A DNA stretch of 64,000 nucleotides from Dicyema japonicum (taxonomy: Eukaryota > Animalia > Dicyemida), in contig RDEW01000078.1 in assembly GCA_011109175.1 (NCBI GenBank), forward strand, positions 102,974 through 166,973, written 5' to 3'. The notes below the pieces were generated by a model. It saw nothing but the letters and a program-made list of their open reading frames with translations. It had not been told where the DNA came from and made no database searches. A program made the translations under genes and the position numbers. Shown here one piece after another: positions 40,709-53,148 of the stretch (position 1 is its first letter; every line of letters starts with the position of its first letter).

Positions 40709-42286
40709 TCACACAACGTTAATTTGAATGTCATTGTCCAGTTGACGACATTTGACTTTATTATTTTTGCTCAGGACTATGTTAATAATCGGTTATACCC
40801 AGCAGACTACTAAACACTTTGGCGGCTGTTGACTTTGAACACTTTGTAGGACATATTGTAGAAAATGTGGTTGACTGAGATGGTTCTTTCTTGCATTTCG
40901 TTAGTACAATCTCTTCAATTCTACTATGTCCCTCGCATATAAAAGATTGTGAGGTGTCTGATAAAAGTGGAACGCATGGATCACTGTCCTTATGTGTGGA
41001 TACAGTATTTCTACAAATAAACACTCAACAACTCCTGGTAGGTGACTGTCTTAACGGAGACATCCATTTGATTAGCCTCACACCTATCACAGTCGCGTCT
41101 CATCATCTCAATGCCTTGACTGACTAAACTGTTTGCTAATAGTCTGAAGGAATCTCTACTGGCATATTCTGCATATTTGATCATTTTCTGAAAGGGTTCT
41201 CACGTAAATATGGAATATACTTGAATATTTATTAACGAATAGCTCTTTTACTTCATTAGTACTAGCCATGACAAACGATAATATCTGACATTTGTTCATG
41301 TTCTCCTTTAGTCTATCCGAACTATAATACATTGCTGTGTCCTTTATTGTACTATTATTCTGGGGTTATCCACAAATAGTACTTTCAGTTCATCAATACT
41401 CTTCTGTTGACTAAACCTCTTGGGAGAAGAAAGGTTCAGTTCGTTAATACTCTGCTGTAAACTAAGCCTCTTGGGGAAGAATGGTTCAGTTCATCAATAC
41501 TCTGATGTAAACTAAGCCTCTTGGGGGAAGAATGGTTTCAGTTCATCAATACTCTGATGTAAACTAAGCCTCTTGGGGGAAGAATGGTTCGACAAATTGC
41601 TAACATGTATAATATTGTAACCTTAATGGTCGTTTGGCGTTGTGGAATTGGAGACAGTCAATAAACTGGTTATACTCACACTCTGTGAAGGATGGTAAAA
41701 ATTCGTCTTGCAGAAATGAAGTAGTCTTAATGTTCTCATCTGGTAATGATATAAGTTTGGGGTCAACACTGTATTTGTTGGTCATCATTAAAGCATTCTA
41801 CAATATAAGTGAAGTGTACATATTGTGTCAAGTCTGGCATTTCATACTCATTCAATTCTAAGCCTTTAAGATGAGATTTGCAGCTCCTTTTATCTCGATG
41901 AGTTGATTTATTACTGTTGATCATAGTGTGAATCAGTTTCATCAAGTCATCTTTACTAAGCAACCTAATTTACTTATCAAAAAATCCATTTGTTTGCAAT
42001 ATATCCTGAACATTCCAATGAATAATCTGGCTGATAAATATATGGATAGTCGGACTTTATTTCTCTCCGTTTCAATCTTAACAAGTCCACTCACGCAAGA
42101 ATTCAGTTCAATACTAAATTTATGGTCACATTGATACCAATTTTTTACGATATTTGCTTCGCAATACTCCTTTCGAGTAATTCTTGTACTTCTCGAGGCA
42201 GCCAACCTTGAATTATCATTGCTATATTACCAGATTATTCCAAATTTTTCTTTCCTTTTGATCATAAAATTTTCCATTGGAATCAT
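40709..42286 (-). CDS. REC8: Meiotic cohesin kleisin REC8
   Basis: N-terminus FGIIWLAASRSTRITRKEY..RLSIYLSARLFIGMFRIY (REC8-type FATIWLAAT..REY..SLYLSAQL) and C-terminus TAAKVFSSLLVL after splicing 22-24 nt introns. Confidence 0.85.
41384..41587 (-). repeat. Four 51-bp tandem units within the REC8 coding exon (17-aa repeat)
   Basis: Units start at 41384, 41435, 41485 and 41537; total 204 bp. Minus-strand translation consensus NHSSPKRLSLHQSIDEL. Confidence 0.9.
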
Positions 42287-42419
42287 TTCTTTTACAAAAT
42301 ATTTATTTTTTCCCGCTTTAAGTTTTTATTTTTGTAGGTTTTCCAGCATGTAAATTTTTTATTACATTAATATGATCTAAATTGATTATTATTTTTTATC
42401 AAAATGTGACTTAAAAAAA

Positions 42420-43300
42420 GACATACAATCTGACAAATGCAAGATTGAACTCGAGTAACATGTTCAAAGCCAGCTCCCTGACTAACTTTATTCGCTCTCG
42501 ATTTCTGTGTAAGCCAAGACACCAGATAACTTTGTTATGTTCATTGAACATCCACAAAGCTTTTGACTCTGCCGAGAAAAAATCTAACATGGAAAATCTA
42601 CCAATAAGATATCCCCGAAAACTTCAAACTCTGGCTGACTAACTTCCTTAGCGAATGGAGAGGAAGAGTGTGCATTGGAAACATTTGTTCTGTCTCCCGT
42701 TTATTCCCAAATGGAGTACTCCAGGGTTCGCAGCTATCACCATTCTTAATCAACTTATTTACGGCTGACATTCCGACGCCGAATGGAAAAGACGACCTGT
42801 TTATGGCTTATGAAGACGATATCGTCTTGGCCTCACGGGATTAGAACATCCAAACAGCGACGTGAAGAATACAACAACACCTCGATCGAGTGCTCGAGTG
42901 TTTTAATGAAAATCGGATGTCAATCAACACCGAAAAATCTGTTACAACTCTATACCTCGGACAAAAGATTGTCGAGCAGGACAATAGAAGTTACTGCGGA
43001 GGGAAGAGGATTGCCTTTCAGCAAATGGCAAAAAATATTGGGTCTAACTTTCGATACGCATATGAACTTTTCGAGACACGTCACTAACGTGCTGAACAAA
43101 TATGAGAAGAATATCAACTTTCAGAAATGCCTAACAGGTCTATGGAAAATTGGACATCACCTTATACCTAGAACGCTCTACTCACAGTACATCGAACCAT
43201 GCATTTCATATGCTTTGTTTCATGGGGACCATTGGCGTCTTATACGAACACATATATGGTTTTACTTCCTTTATTGCTTATATTAACCGGCCTTAGAAAT
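42420..43300 (+). mobile_element. APE-type LINE RT fragment, decayed
   Basis: IHKAFDS, PNGVLQGS.LSP, AYEDDIV, KILGLTFDTHMNF..HV. Confidence 0.78.
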
Positions 43301-43349
43301 AAGATTAATATGAGAGCCGAGCTAGTGTCATGTCTCTCCAGGCGATTAG

Positions 43350-46300
43350 GTGAATAAGGAGGACAAAGTTGAGTAGGTGTCGGAAGTTTTCCGAATTCTC
43401 AGACAAGATTTGGAGACTACCTCAAGGTGGATGGCCTTTAATAACGAAAGCATTAATTATAAACTTCATAAACCTAAGGAGTTTGATAAGATCCAAACCA
43501 AAGTGTCCTATTCTGAAATGGATCGGGAAACTAGGAAATATACCCAAAATCTGAAATATCATACTACAAAAATGCTATGGATGAGTTATACTACCAAATT
43601 CATCAAGTCAGGTTAATCCCTTAGTCTGAATGGTCAGATTGAGAAAAGGAAAGCCATGAGTTCCTAAACTATTACTAAAAAAATCCTGAAAGTGTGATTG
43701 AGGCAGACTCAAAGAGGAGAATAATTAACCGTGTATAAATGAAGAGATGGTAAGGAAGAGAATAATAATAGATTCAATATTAGGTCGAACTGGAGGTACT
43801 GAGTGGCACATTATAAATGTAAGGGATGAAGTCAATGCCAAGGCTCCCCTTTAGTGCATACTAAGCTATCCCGGCACCTGGCTGCTAAATGGGATCTCAA
43901 TTAGTTGGAAAGAGCCAAAGTTAATGTAAAGGAGTCCATCCCATATATAAGAAAAAACTCCTCACTTATGACGATGTGCATTCGCAATCGAAAAAATAAT
44001 CTGTCACTGAGATGTTCTTCACCAGAGAGGGTCCAGGTGAGACTAGGCTTAAGTATTGTGATGACTAATTATTGTGGATTATTCGAAAGAAGTTTGGTGA
44101 CAAAGTTGCTTCCTTTCTGATTGAAAAACTCCCGAGGTAGACAGAATTTACAATTTCTTTATCAATAACTGCCACTCTCTATTTGTCGTCTTAATCAAAA
44201 AGCTGTTGAAAACCCTTAATCCTATTTGGATATGTACTGAAATCAGTACCTCCAGATTTATCGTTTTTCTATTTTTGTTATAATATTCACCTTCCATTTA
44301 CTAGGGACTCTGGGATGGAATGTTTAAAACGATACAAAATTTGTTTTTTACCTTCTTTCTAATGGTTTCGTGGGCAGATTGTAATGTTGCATTCATTTTT
44401 GTTATGTAGACATTGTACTTGTTTGAAAAAACTCATCCAATTAAATTTGTTAGGAATCACAGTACCTCAGATATATTTATTACTTTTTCCTGTAATCCTA
44501 GGTGGGCTTAGATCACGGAAAATCTGTTAGCGGTACAAAAATCTGATGACAGATATATCGTATAAAAAGAGTCCACAATAAAATTTATAATCAAGATAAT
44601 TGCTATCATAACGAAAGGTAGTGCTTTCGGAAGAACAGCGGTACAAAAATCTGATGTCAGATATATCGTATAAAAAGAGTCCACAATAAAATTTATAATC
44701 AAAATAATTGCTATCATAACGAAAGGTAGTGCTTTCGGAAGAACAGATTTCACGTGCTTAGCACGTACGTGCAGATATTTTAATTTGGGTTATAGATAAG
44801 CTTAGCCGTACTCATTTCTGTCGAATCTCTAGTGAAAGTAATATGAAACAGATTATTCTTGGATCATGACTAAATATATCACCACAGTACATGAAGGAAT
44901 GCACAGAGGGTGAAAATGGATATCCAGATCTCCAAAGAGAGGAGGTTCTACGGCAAGTAAAGTGAATGTGAGCTACAGGATATAATATATTTTAAGAAAT
45001 GTCGAAAAGGGAGTCATAGATTATATGATCGTGAGCACTCCTGTCCTAGACATTTAAAGTGTTCTTGACTTCTCATTCTTTTGTTTTTGTTTGTGTGAGT
45101 TCTAGAAAACAATCCAGTTACTCAGTGGTGAAGCAATGCTTACGGCGTCACTCGTCAACCCCAAAGCATTGTAGATGCATTAACACTACGACCGAATGGA
45201 CAGCAGTAAGATTCGAATCGTGGACTTAATGAGTTTAGTTCGTAACTTATTCCACTGTGTGAAACCACAGCGTTTAATTATTCATTTCATTTTCATCATT
45301 TTTACAGTAACAAGTATTAGATCGTCGATAATGGTTAGTAATAAAATAATTATTTTATTTATTAACTCGAACATCGATGAAAGCGAAGCCCTTTTACTAC
45401 GGGAAGTTTCTGTTTACTTACGAGTCTCAGCTTCGACCACCAATTCACGAGATATCCTTATTACACAATGTTTTTTTAATCGCCATTATCATTGACATTA
45501 TCCAATTTTTAAAATCTGATATTGTGACTACTTCAATTATTTATAATTTCTATTAAAGTATTTATGAAAGATATAATAAGGTAAATTGATATTTAGTGTA
45601 AAAAAATGTACAATATCGGGATTCGAGTAGAGACCATCAGACCTTTCGTCCGGCAACCGTTACAATACGCCACCGGGTTCAAACACATGACTTATATAAA
45701 ACTACCTTATCTTATTGTTGGAATATTGTTATAAAACAAAGTATTTTGTAAAATAGACAATCTTAGAGGCTTTAAATGAAATAGTTAGGCAATATTCAGC
45801 TTACAATACAACATATAAGATAATATTTGACAGACATTTCGTATAATAGAAATATGCCACCACTTGGAACACTTGTCTACTTGGAGAGTTTGGATATGAA
45901 AGGTCAACCATAAAGATGTTGAAGAGACGGGAAATTGAAGTAGATGGGAAGCCAATGTAATATTGCCGCAGGAAATTAAACAAGAAAGCCTCTTAAAGGA
46001 ATTATATTCCGATATCTTCAACATTGGAGATATTATTGGTTATGTACCATTTTGATGACAACTCCCTGTAATGTACTACCATCAAATAAGCTTTGGAAGG
46101 CCTCAAAGAGGCTTTTATAATAGCTTCATCTTCACTTAGTCGTGGCCAGGTTTGCTGTTTTCTCTTTACTCGCAGTTACATGTACTGTCACTTCCTTTCT
46201 CTTAATATATTTGTTGGTCTGTGACCAATCCATGGGGGATAACATCACTAGTGTTCACAACCTGGATTTTTCTTAACTATCTGCAGAATTTGAAAGTACG

Positions 46301-46450
46301 ATAGTCCAGATATTCACTTGTATCAATTGAAATGTTACTTCTTTTCTCTTGAAATGTTTTTTCTATTACAGTTGTCAAACATTGAAAAGCAAAATATTTT
46401 TAAGGATGTTATAACAAGTCCTCGTGATTAGAAAATTATTATCCCAGTAT
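43350..46450 (-). CDS. Possible intron-rich membrane-protein gene or pseudogene, unidentified
   Basis: Several hydrophobic minus-strand segments (LPFVMIAIILIINFIVDSFY, SIAFCSMIFQILGIF) and plausible tiny introns; could not be assembled. Confidence 0.25.
44529..44746. repeat. Direct tandem duplication of 108 bp
   Basis: Units start at 44530 and 44638 with two substitutions; in frame on the minus strand (36 aa). Confidence 0.9.
45070..45265 (-). mobile_element. tRNA-SINE family A copy
   Basis: TACGGCGTCACTCGTCAA..AGCATTGTAGATGC..CAGCAGTAAGATTCGAATC (B-box-like on minus strand). Confidence 0.75.
45615..45680 (-). mobile_element. Isolated tRNA-like SINE head
   Basis: Minus strand TGGCGTATTGTAA..ACTCGAATCCC; similar to the head of the 57.7 kb copy. 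Confidence 0.4.
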
Positions 46451-46519
46451 AAACGTACTGACTGAATATTCAAGGCCACGTTCCCATTATCTGGAGTCTA
46501 TAGTTTCATAAGGGCTTTC

Positions 46520-48640
46520 AGTCCGGTTAGGTGATCTTTGTTATGGATGGTTCGCCCATAAAAGGAATTTATGCAAGTGGGCACTTAATGTGAAATATTC
46601 TGTTCCACATTGTGGTCCTAGCATACGTATTGTTTTCCTTTGCAGTAAGTTTAGTTTTTGGATAGTGACCTCTGATAACGCGAATCTCCACCCAGCAGAG
46701 GNAGGGCCTCCAGTCCGGTTAGATGATCTTTGTTATGGATGGTTCGCCCATAAAAGGAATTTATGCAAGTGGGCACTTAATGTGAAATATTCTGTTCCAC
46801 ATTGTGGTCCTAGCATACGTATTGTTTTCCTTTGCAGTAAGTTTAGTTTTTGGATAGTGACCTCTGATAACGCGAATCTCCACCCAGCAGAGGCAAATTC
46901 CACGGCCGGCGTGATTGTCTGGCGGGATATGATTCCGATTAATTTATTTATATTCGCTGGGGTCTTCTGGATAAGGGCCCGTGTGACATTCAATTTCTGT
47001 AGTCCTTTGGTGAAGATTTGTTTGGCATGGTACGTAAAATTAAAGCCTGTCGTATGTAGAGGGGTTTTTTGTGACAGGTATCCGAGTTGTCCGATGAAGA
47101 TTTCTGGTTCTTTTTTGGACCGCCGGTCGAAGGTGATTTTGGAGCCGATACTGATAGACGGTTAGCTATCGACCAATCGTGGATACAATCCACTTTCTTC
47201 TGTGCGAGTGAGACTGCTTCTGATGTCAAACTGCTTCATGTTGCAATGATGATATCGTCAGCACAAAAAAGCAGTAGGAAATTAACGTTTATTTATTTAT
47301 TTTTATTTATTTTAATAACCCCGGGAACACCGAGAAAGATAGACAAAAGAGTCAAACAGTTAGGTGATCTCAGTCCTCTTAATCAATTGTGCCATTCGAC
47401 GTATGTGATCTTCTATTNTGGACCACGGTCGAAGGTGAATAGAGTGCATGCTGAATTTGGATCCGATACCGATAGACGGTTAGCTATCAACCAATCGTGG
47501 ATACAATCCACTTTATTCTGTGGGAGTGAGACTGCTTCTCATGTCAAACTGCTTCATGTTGCAATGATGATATCGTCAGCACAAAAAAGCAGTAGGAAAT
47601 TAACGTTTATTTATTTATTTTTATTTATTTTAATAACCCCGGGAACACCGAGAAAGATAGACAAAAGAGTCAAACAGTTAGGTGATCCCAGTCCTCGCAA
47701 TCAATTGTGCCATTCGACGTCTGTGATCTTCCATTGTCCCCACTACTTTCAGGAAGAGTCTTCTCTCGGTCTTGCAGAGTAATCTGATCGGGGAGGGGAA
47801 TTTCCTATCTATTGGTTTTCTCTTGCCATGGAAATGATCAGGCGAAGCGGGTTTCCATCTTCCTCACAGACGCGAAGAAATCCGGAACCACGACTACGGG
47901 TCTTAGCTTCCATGAGTAGTGGGTCGACTGTTGATCCATTACGTGGGCAAAGCATACTGATGGTTTTCTGGTGTATTGAGTTGACTCTGTGGACCATAGT
48001 ATCCGATAGCGCGAATCTCAATGCAACGGAGGCATACTCAACGGCTGGCGCAATTGTTTGTTTGTAAAGGGTAGAAACAAAAAAGTCCACATTCCTCGGG
48101 GTCCTCCGGAATGGGCGCTAATTTTCTGGCGTAAAACGTTAATTTTCTGGAGGCTGGTGATAATGTCTTTTGCGTGGGAGTTAAAATTGAGTAGACTGTC
48201 GTACTTGACTCCAAGGACAGTGAGGGACCTTGTCACTGGAATNTGGTGATCATGTCTTTTGCGTGGAAGTTAAAATTGAGTAAACTGTCGTACTTGACTC
48301 CAAGGACAGTGAGGGACCTTGTAACTGGAATCCGAGTGAAACCAATAAAGATACTCGGTTCATCCTTATAACGACGGTCAGAAGTGAAAATGGTACAAAT
48401 AGACTTGGTTGCAAAAATCGTAAGTCGATTGCCAACAATCCAATCGTGAGAATGTTCAATTTTGCCTGAGTCTTAAAGGATGCGACTTGCGTCGAACGGT
48501 TCCGTATTGCAATGAATACATCGTCTGCGTAGGATAATCCGATTCGTCTCCATCATTAGGTAGGTCGTGTAGGAATAAGTTGAGTAGAATTGGTGAAAAT
48601 GGAGACCCCTGGGGTACCCCGTTCGGTAGAAGAAAATCTT
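46520..48640 (-). mobile_element. Stacked APE-type LINE RT/3' fragments, including a 3' end with (TAAA)n tail
   Basis: PNGVPQGSPFSP, YADDV, VLGVKYDS, PAVEYAS and FCADDII; tail at 47605-47635. Three single-N joins (46702, 47418, 48243) flank duplicated blocks. Confidence 0.82.
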
Positions 48641-48953
48641 GTAATACAGAATGTATAGATGAAATAATTTACTATTGATTATATAAATTTATTAAGTTAT
48701 AAAAAAAGATAAATTTTTATTTAAATAAATTTAAATTTCAACGTGCATCTCATGTATTTTGGCGCTTTGGGTAATGGGGTTTAACAGACTTCATACTAAA
48801 AAGTGCCTATATTATTGGCTTATTTTATATTATCGCCCACATTTGTTTATTTTATTATAATAAAGCTACTTATACAGATATTCTTAGAAATAATAAACTA
48901 AATCTCACTCTATGCTATTCAGGTTGAACTGGTGACGTGGTTCTTGAATTATT

Positions 48954-50949
48954 ATGTCTATCTCACACATGTCGAATGATCTCTTCACTCTGGCTTCATT
49001 CAACGTCCGAGGATTGAATGAAAAACACAAAAGGGAAGATTTAATAAGTGACTCAACATTATATAAAGTCACTATGTGCAGTATACAGGAGACTAAAGTG
49101 AAGGATGCAGTTGATGAAAATTACGGAGAGTTTAGACTTAAACTACTAGACTCCGAATGCAACCACTATGGACTTGGCTTTGCTATACATCAATGTCTTG
49201 ATGGGAGAATTCACAGAGTGTGGAGGGTTAATGACAGGATAGCAGTACCTCAGAATAGAGTGGAGGACTGATAATTCCTTTATATCCATAATTAATGTCT
49301 ACGCGCCCACAATGGCCAGGGTTTCTACAAATCCGATGAACTTGATCTGTTTTATGTCACTAACGGATACCAAATCTGATCTCAAAGGCTCGTTTATGAC
49401 CTTTTTGTGTAAAAATTGGAACGCTAAAGTGGGACACTGTCCATGAAGAAAACCCTGTATTGGGTAGACATGCCAGGGGGAGGAGGAATCTACAGAAGAA
49501 ACTAACCTGGCAATCATTAAATTAAACAACAACAGGTCAGCAGGACCAGACAACGAAATGATCAAGTATGCACCAGGCGAACTGACAACCCTCATTACAA
49601 AGATTTTCAATAAGGTACTTGAGACACATTCCACCTTTAAACTTGGTGATGGAATTTTGATTCTTTTGCATAAACCAGGAAAGATCAAGGGACCGATAAA
49701 TATCTAAGACCTTTGATATTGCTGGGATCATTGAGTAAGATACTATCTGATTACCCTTAGTCGGATATCTCTGATGTTTATTAATTTTTGTCGCCGGGAC
49801 AGAGTGGGTTCAGAAAGGGACGCTCGACCGCAGATGCTGTTTGGTCCCACAGGTGGATATGTGCCATGTGTCAACGATACAGGAGTGATTTTAAGATTTT
49901 GGGAGTGGACATGTCCAGTGCGTTTGACACTATCAATAGAAAAACATTGTTGTACGTTGCTGGGAGTTTTCTTGATGAGAATAACACAAGACTTTTCCGC
50001 TTCCTATTATCTAACACTGAATTAACTGTACGAGTTGGGAACAACATCGAAGCCTTTCGGGACAACAGTTGGAATACCTCAGGGTGACTCCATCTCCGGT
50101 TCTATTCGTCGTATACCTGGAAGCGGCATTGAGAGCTCTTAGAACAAAATATGAGGATGCATGCCGATGGAGATTATATATGCAGATGACATATATTTGT
50201 GTCAGAAAATGATCTGGAACTTGGACTTGTTTTTAGAGAAAATCCTGAGAATTTAAGAATTGTCTCTGCGAGTTATTCAGGAAAAGACTGAACACATAAG
50301 AACCACAAGGGAATTAAAATATATTGATGAAAATTGGAGGAAAAAAGGAAATTGAGATCCTTACTTGGTGATAGTGAGGACATGATGTATAGAAGAGTTC
50401 TATCCACTGCCATGTATAAGAAAATGCAGAAGATATGGAGTCGACAAAAACTAATAAAAACAAATCTAAGAATAAGACTATATAACGCATATATAAAGCC
50501 GGTGCTTGTGTACAACTCGGGTACATGGGGGTAACAGAGCTAGAGCTCAAGAAAATGGATATATATAACGAAAACAATTACGCAATTTAATAGGCCTAGG
50601 TTGGCCCAAAAAGATTTTAAATAAGAAATTATACTCTGTGGCACAATCGAGGCCAATAAGCATTGAATCAGAATGGAGACTGTTTAAGCACGTGCTTAGA
50701 ATGGACATTAACGCCCCTGCAAATATAATAATGGACAATTACTTTAACAATGAGAACAAACCATCGTTCAGAGAAAGACCCAGAGTCACCCTCCCCGTTG
50801 CTCTAAACAAGGAATGCCTTAATGGAATTGGAAGAAAACTTAAATTTGCAGAAGACCTAGAAGATCTACGGACAGATGCGCAAAACAGAGGGCGATGGAG
50901 ACGCCTAGTGAAACAAGTTTCGAAACGTGTGGCACAAACGGGACCTTAG
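48954..50949 (+). mobile_element. RTE-clade LINE (APE + RT + C-terminus), decayed
   Basis: LASFNVRGL, IQETK, GQSGFRKGRSTADAVW, DMSSAFDTI, YADD, IKPVLVYNSGTW, WRLFKHVLR, RPRVTLP; A-rich end at 50950-50958. Confidence 0.92.
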
Positions 50950-50969
50950 AAAAAAAAATTTTTTTAGTT

Positions 50970-53093
50970 GTGAAAATGTCATGTGGCTCGCCGACGACGT
51001 GGTGGCATTTGAAAAAAAAGAACCACACTTTCCCCTATCTTCACGGGTGGACCAATAAGGAAGGCCTGCGCCGCTGCGGAGACGTTGAGGCAAACCCTGG
51101 ACCAGCCAGAATAGTCCAACTGAACATAAATGGAATCAAGAACAAAATACTCGAACTTCGGACATTTGTGAAAGAAAATCACATTGATCTGTTGCTAATT
51201 CAAGAATCTAAACTTTCTCCAAAGAATTCAACACCAGTATTTCCGGGATTCACAGTAATTCGCCGTGACAGAATTGGCAAACTTGGTGGGGGTCTTCTCA
51301 CAGTTATTCGCAACGGCATTCCGTTTGAGGACATAACCAACAGTGCTTACACTATGCTTAAAGGATATGGAAATCTCGAACTCTTGGTTACCAAAATACG
51401 ATTCCCAAGACTATCAATAACAATTGTCAACGCATATCTCCCACCACTGAGTTCCTGCTCGTCCAGTGCCCCAGACTCACTCCTCTCGCGTCACTAAAGG
51501 ATGTGATTATCTGTGGTGACTTCAATGCGAAGCACCCACTGTGGCTGACAGGACAAACCTACGACAAAAGAGGGAAGATGATAATTGAGGACCTCCACAG
51601 CCTATGTATACTCAACGATCCTGCATCTCATACAAGAACACCTACTCGACGTAATGATAAACCTTCTTCTATCGACATCTCATTGTCATCACCGTCCTTG
51701 GCCCCACTTATTGACTGGTCAGTGAAGTATGACACCAGTAGTGACCACAACCCAATATTTTTGGAGGTCAAAACAAGGTCACGGATAAAAGGACAATGCC
51801 CAACAATAACTAACTACAGCCTTGCGAATTGGAAAGGATTCAAGGAATACGTCGATAATTGTATTGGACTATTAAATTTCCCCACTTTTCCCTCCGTCGA
51901 ACAATTAGTGAAATGGTTCAACTCCATTATAAACGATGCGAAAAAGAAGTACATTCCTATGGGGAGACAACCAACGTCATCAAAACGTTTTAACACAACG
52001 ACGAAACATCTGATCGAGAACGAAACAATCTAAAGATGGTAAAATCGCCAACAGAAGAGAACATCAGGAAAATACGAGAATTGAACAGAGAGATCGACAA
52101 CAACATAAAGACAGAAAATGCAAATAGATGGACGAGACTATCGAAAGCTCTCTACAAAAACCCCCCAATGCAAAGAGTGTGGAAGTGGATCAAAAACATC
52201 AAAAGATCCCCAGAGAGAAAAGTCGAAGTCTACATAAAACCAGACACTCTGATAAAATATTACACATCTATATCCTACAGGAAGTTTTCAAAAGAACACC
52301 AAGTATTCCTGAAAAAGATTGAACCGAAACGCTCAGATAACTGGATCCTATTTACTAGTCAGGATGTTCACAGAGCCATATCTAAGGCCAACAACTCAGA
52401 GGCCAAAGACCAGACAACATAACCACATGTGAACTGAAGCACCTAGGCCATCGAGCCCTGGAACTATTAGCCTATATATTCAACCTCTCCATTAACACAA
52501 ATACAATCCCTGAAATATGGAAGAAGTCTCTAATCAGACCTATCCGAAAACCCAACAAACCAATAGATAAACCATCTTCCTATCGCCCAATATCTATTCT
52601 AAGTCCGGTCTCAAGGATCCTTGAAAGGCTTGTTTTGAAAAAAATACAAGACTCAATCTCAATACCTCCGACCCAGCACGGATTCCGGGACAACCATTCG
52701 ACTACAACACACCTTACAACCCTCACACAATTCATTGCGGAAGGATTTAACTCCCCCGAACCCCATCAGAGAACAGTACTTATATCCGTGGACATCACAA
52801 AAGCGTTCGACTCAGTCCCTAGGAAACTTCTAACAAAGAAAATATATGAAACCAACATCCATCCGAACCTGAAACTTTGGCTTGGAAACTTCCTAAATGG
52901 AAGACGAGCACAAGTGCTCTGCAACAACATCAAATCAAGATCTCGCTATTTCCCAAATGGAGTCCCTCAAGGCTCCCCACTATCACCCCTACTCTTCAAT
53001 CTCTACATAAACGACATGCCACAAACCTGTAATGAAAACTGTCTAATCCTCTATGCCGACGATATCATTCTTGCCTCCAAGGACAGAAAGTAA
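50970..53093 (+). mobile_element. APE-type LINE with N-terminal 2A-like peptide; near-intact 2A-APE-RT up to YADD, 3'-truncated
   Basis: QLNINGI, IQESK, NAYLPP, GDFNAKH, IDISL, SDHNPI, YRPISIL, QHGFR, DITKAFDSV, GVPQGSPLSPLLF, YADD. Only three single-base frameshifts interrupt it. Confidence 0.93.
51081..51104 (+). other. 2A-like StopGo (ribosome skipping) motif DVEANPG|P
   Basis: GAC GTT GAG GCA AAC CCT GGA CCA = DVEANPGP in context GLRRCGDVEANPGP, immediately before the APE domain. Confidence 0.88.
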
Positions 53094-53148
53094 CAGCGAG
53101 TTTATGGCACACTCTTCTTCTAAGAGAAGATGAGGGATTACCAACAAT

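Noticed and set aside
46520-48335. Three biological tandem duplications (~185, ~300 and ~85 bp)
   Set aside because: Each pair is joined by a single N (46702, 47418, 48243), typical of overlapping contig ends or haplotypes joined in scaffolding.
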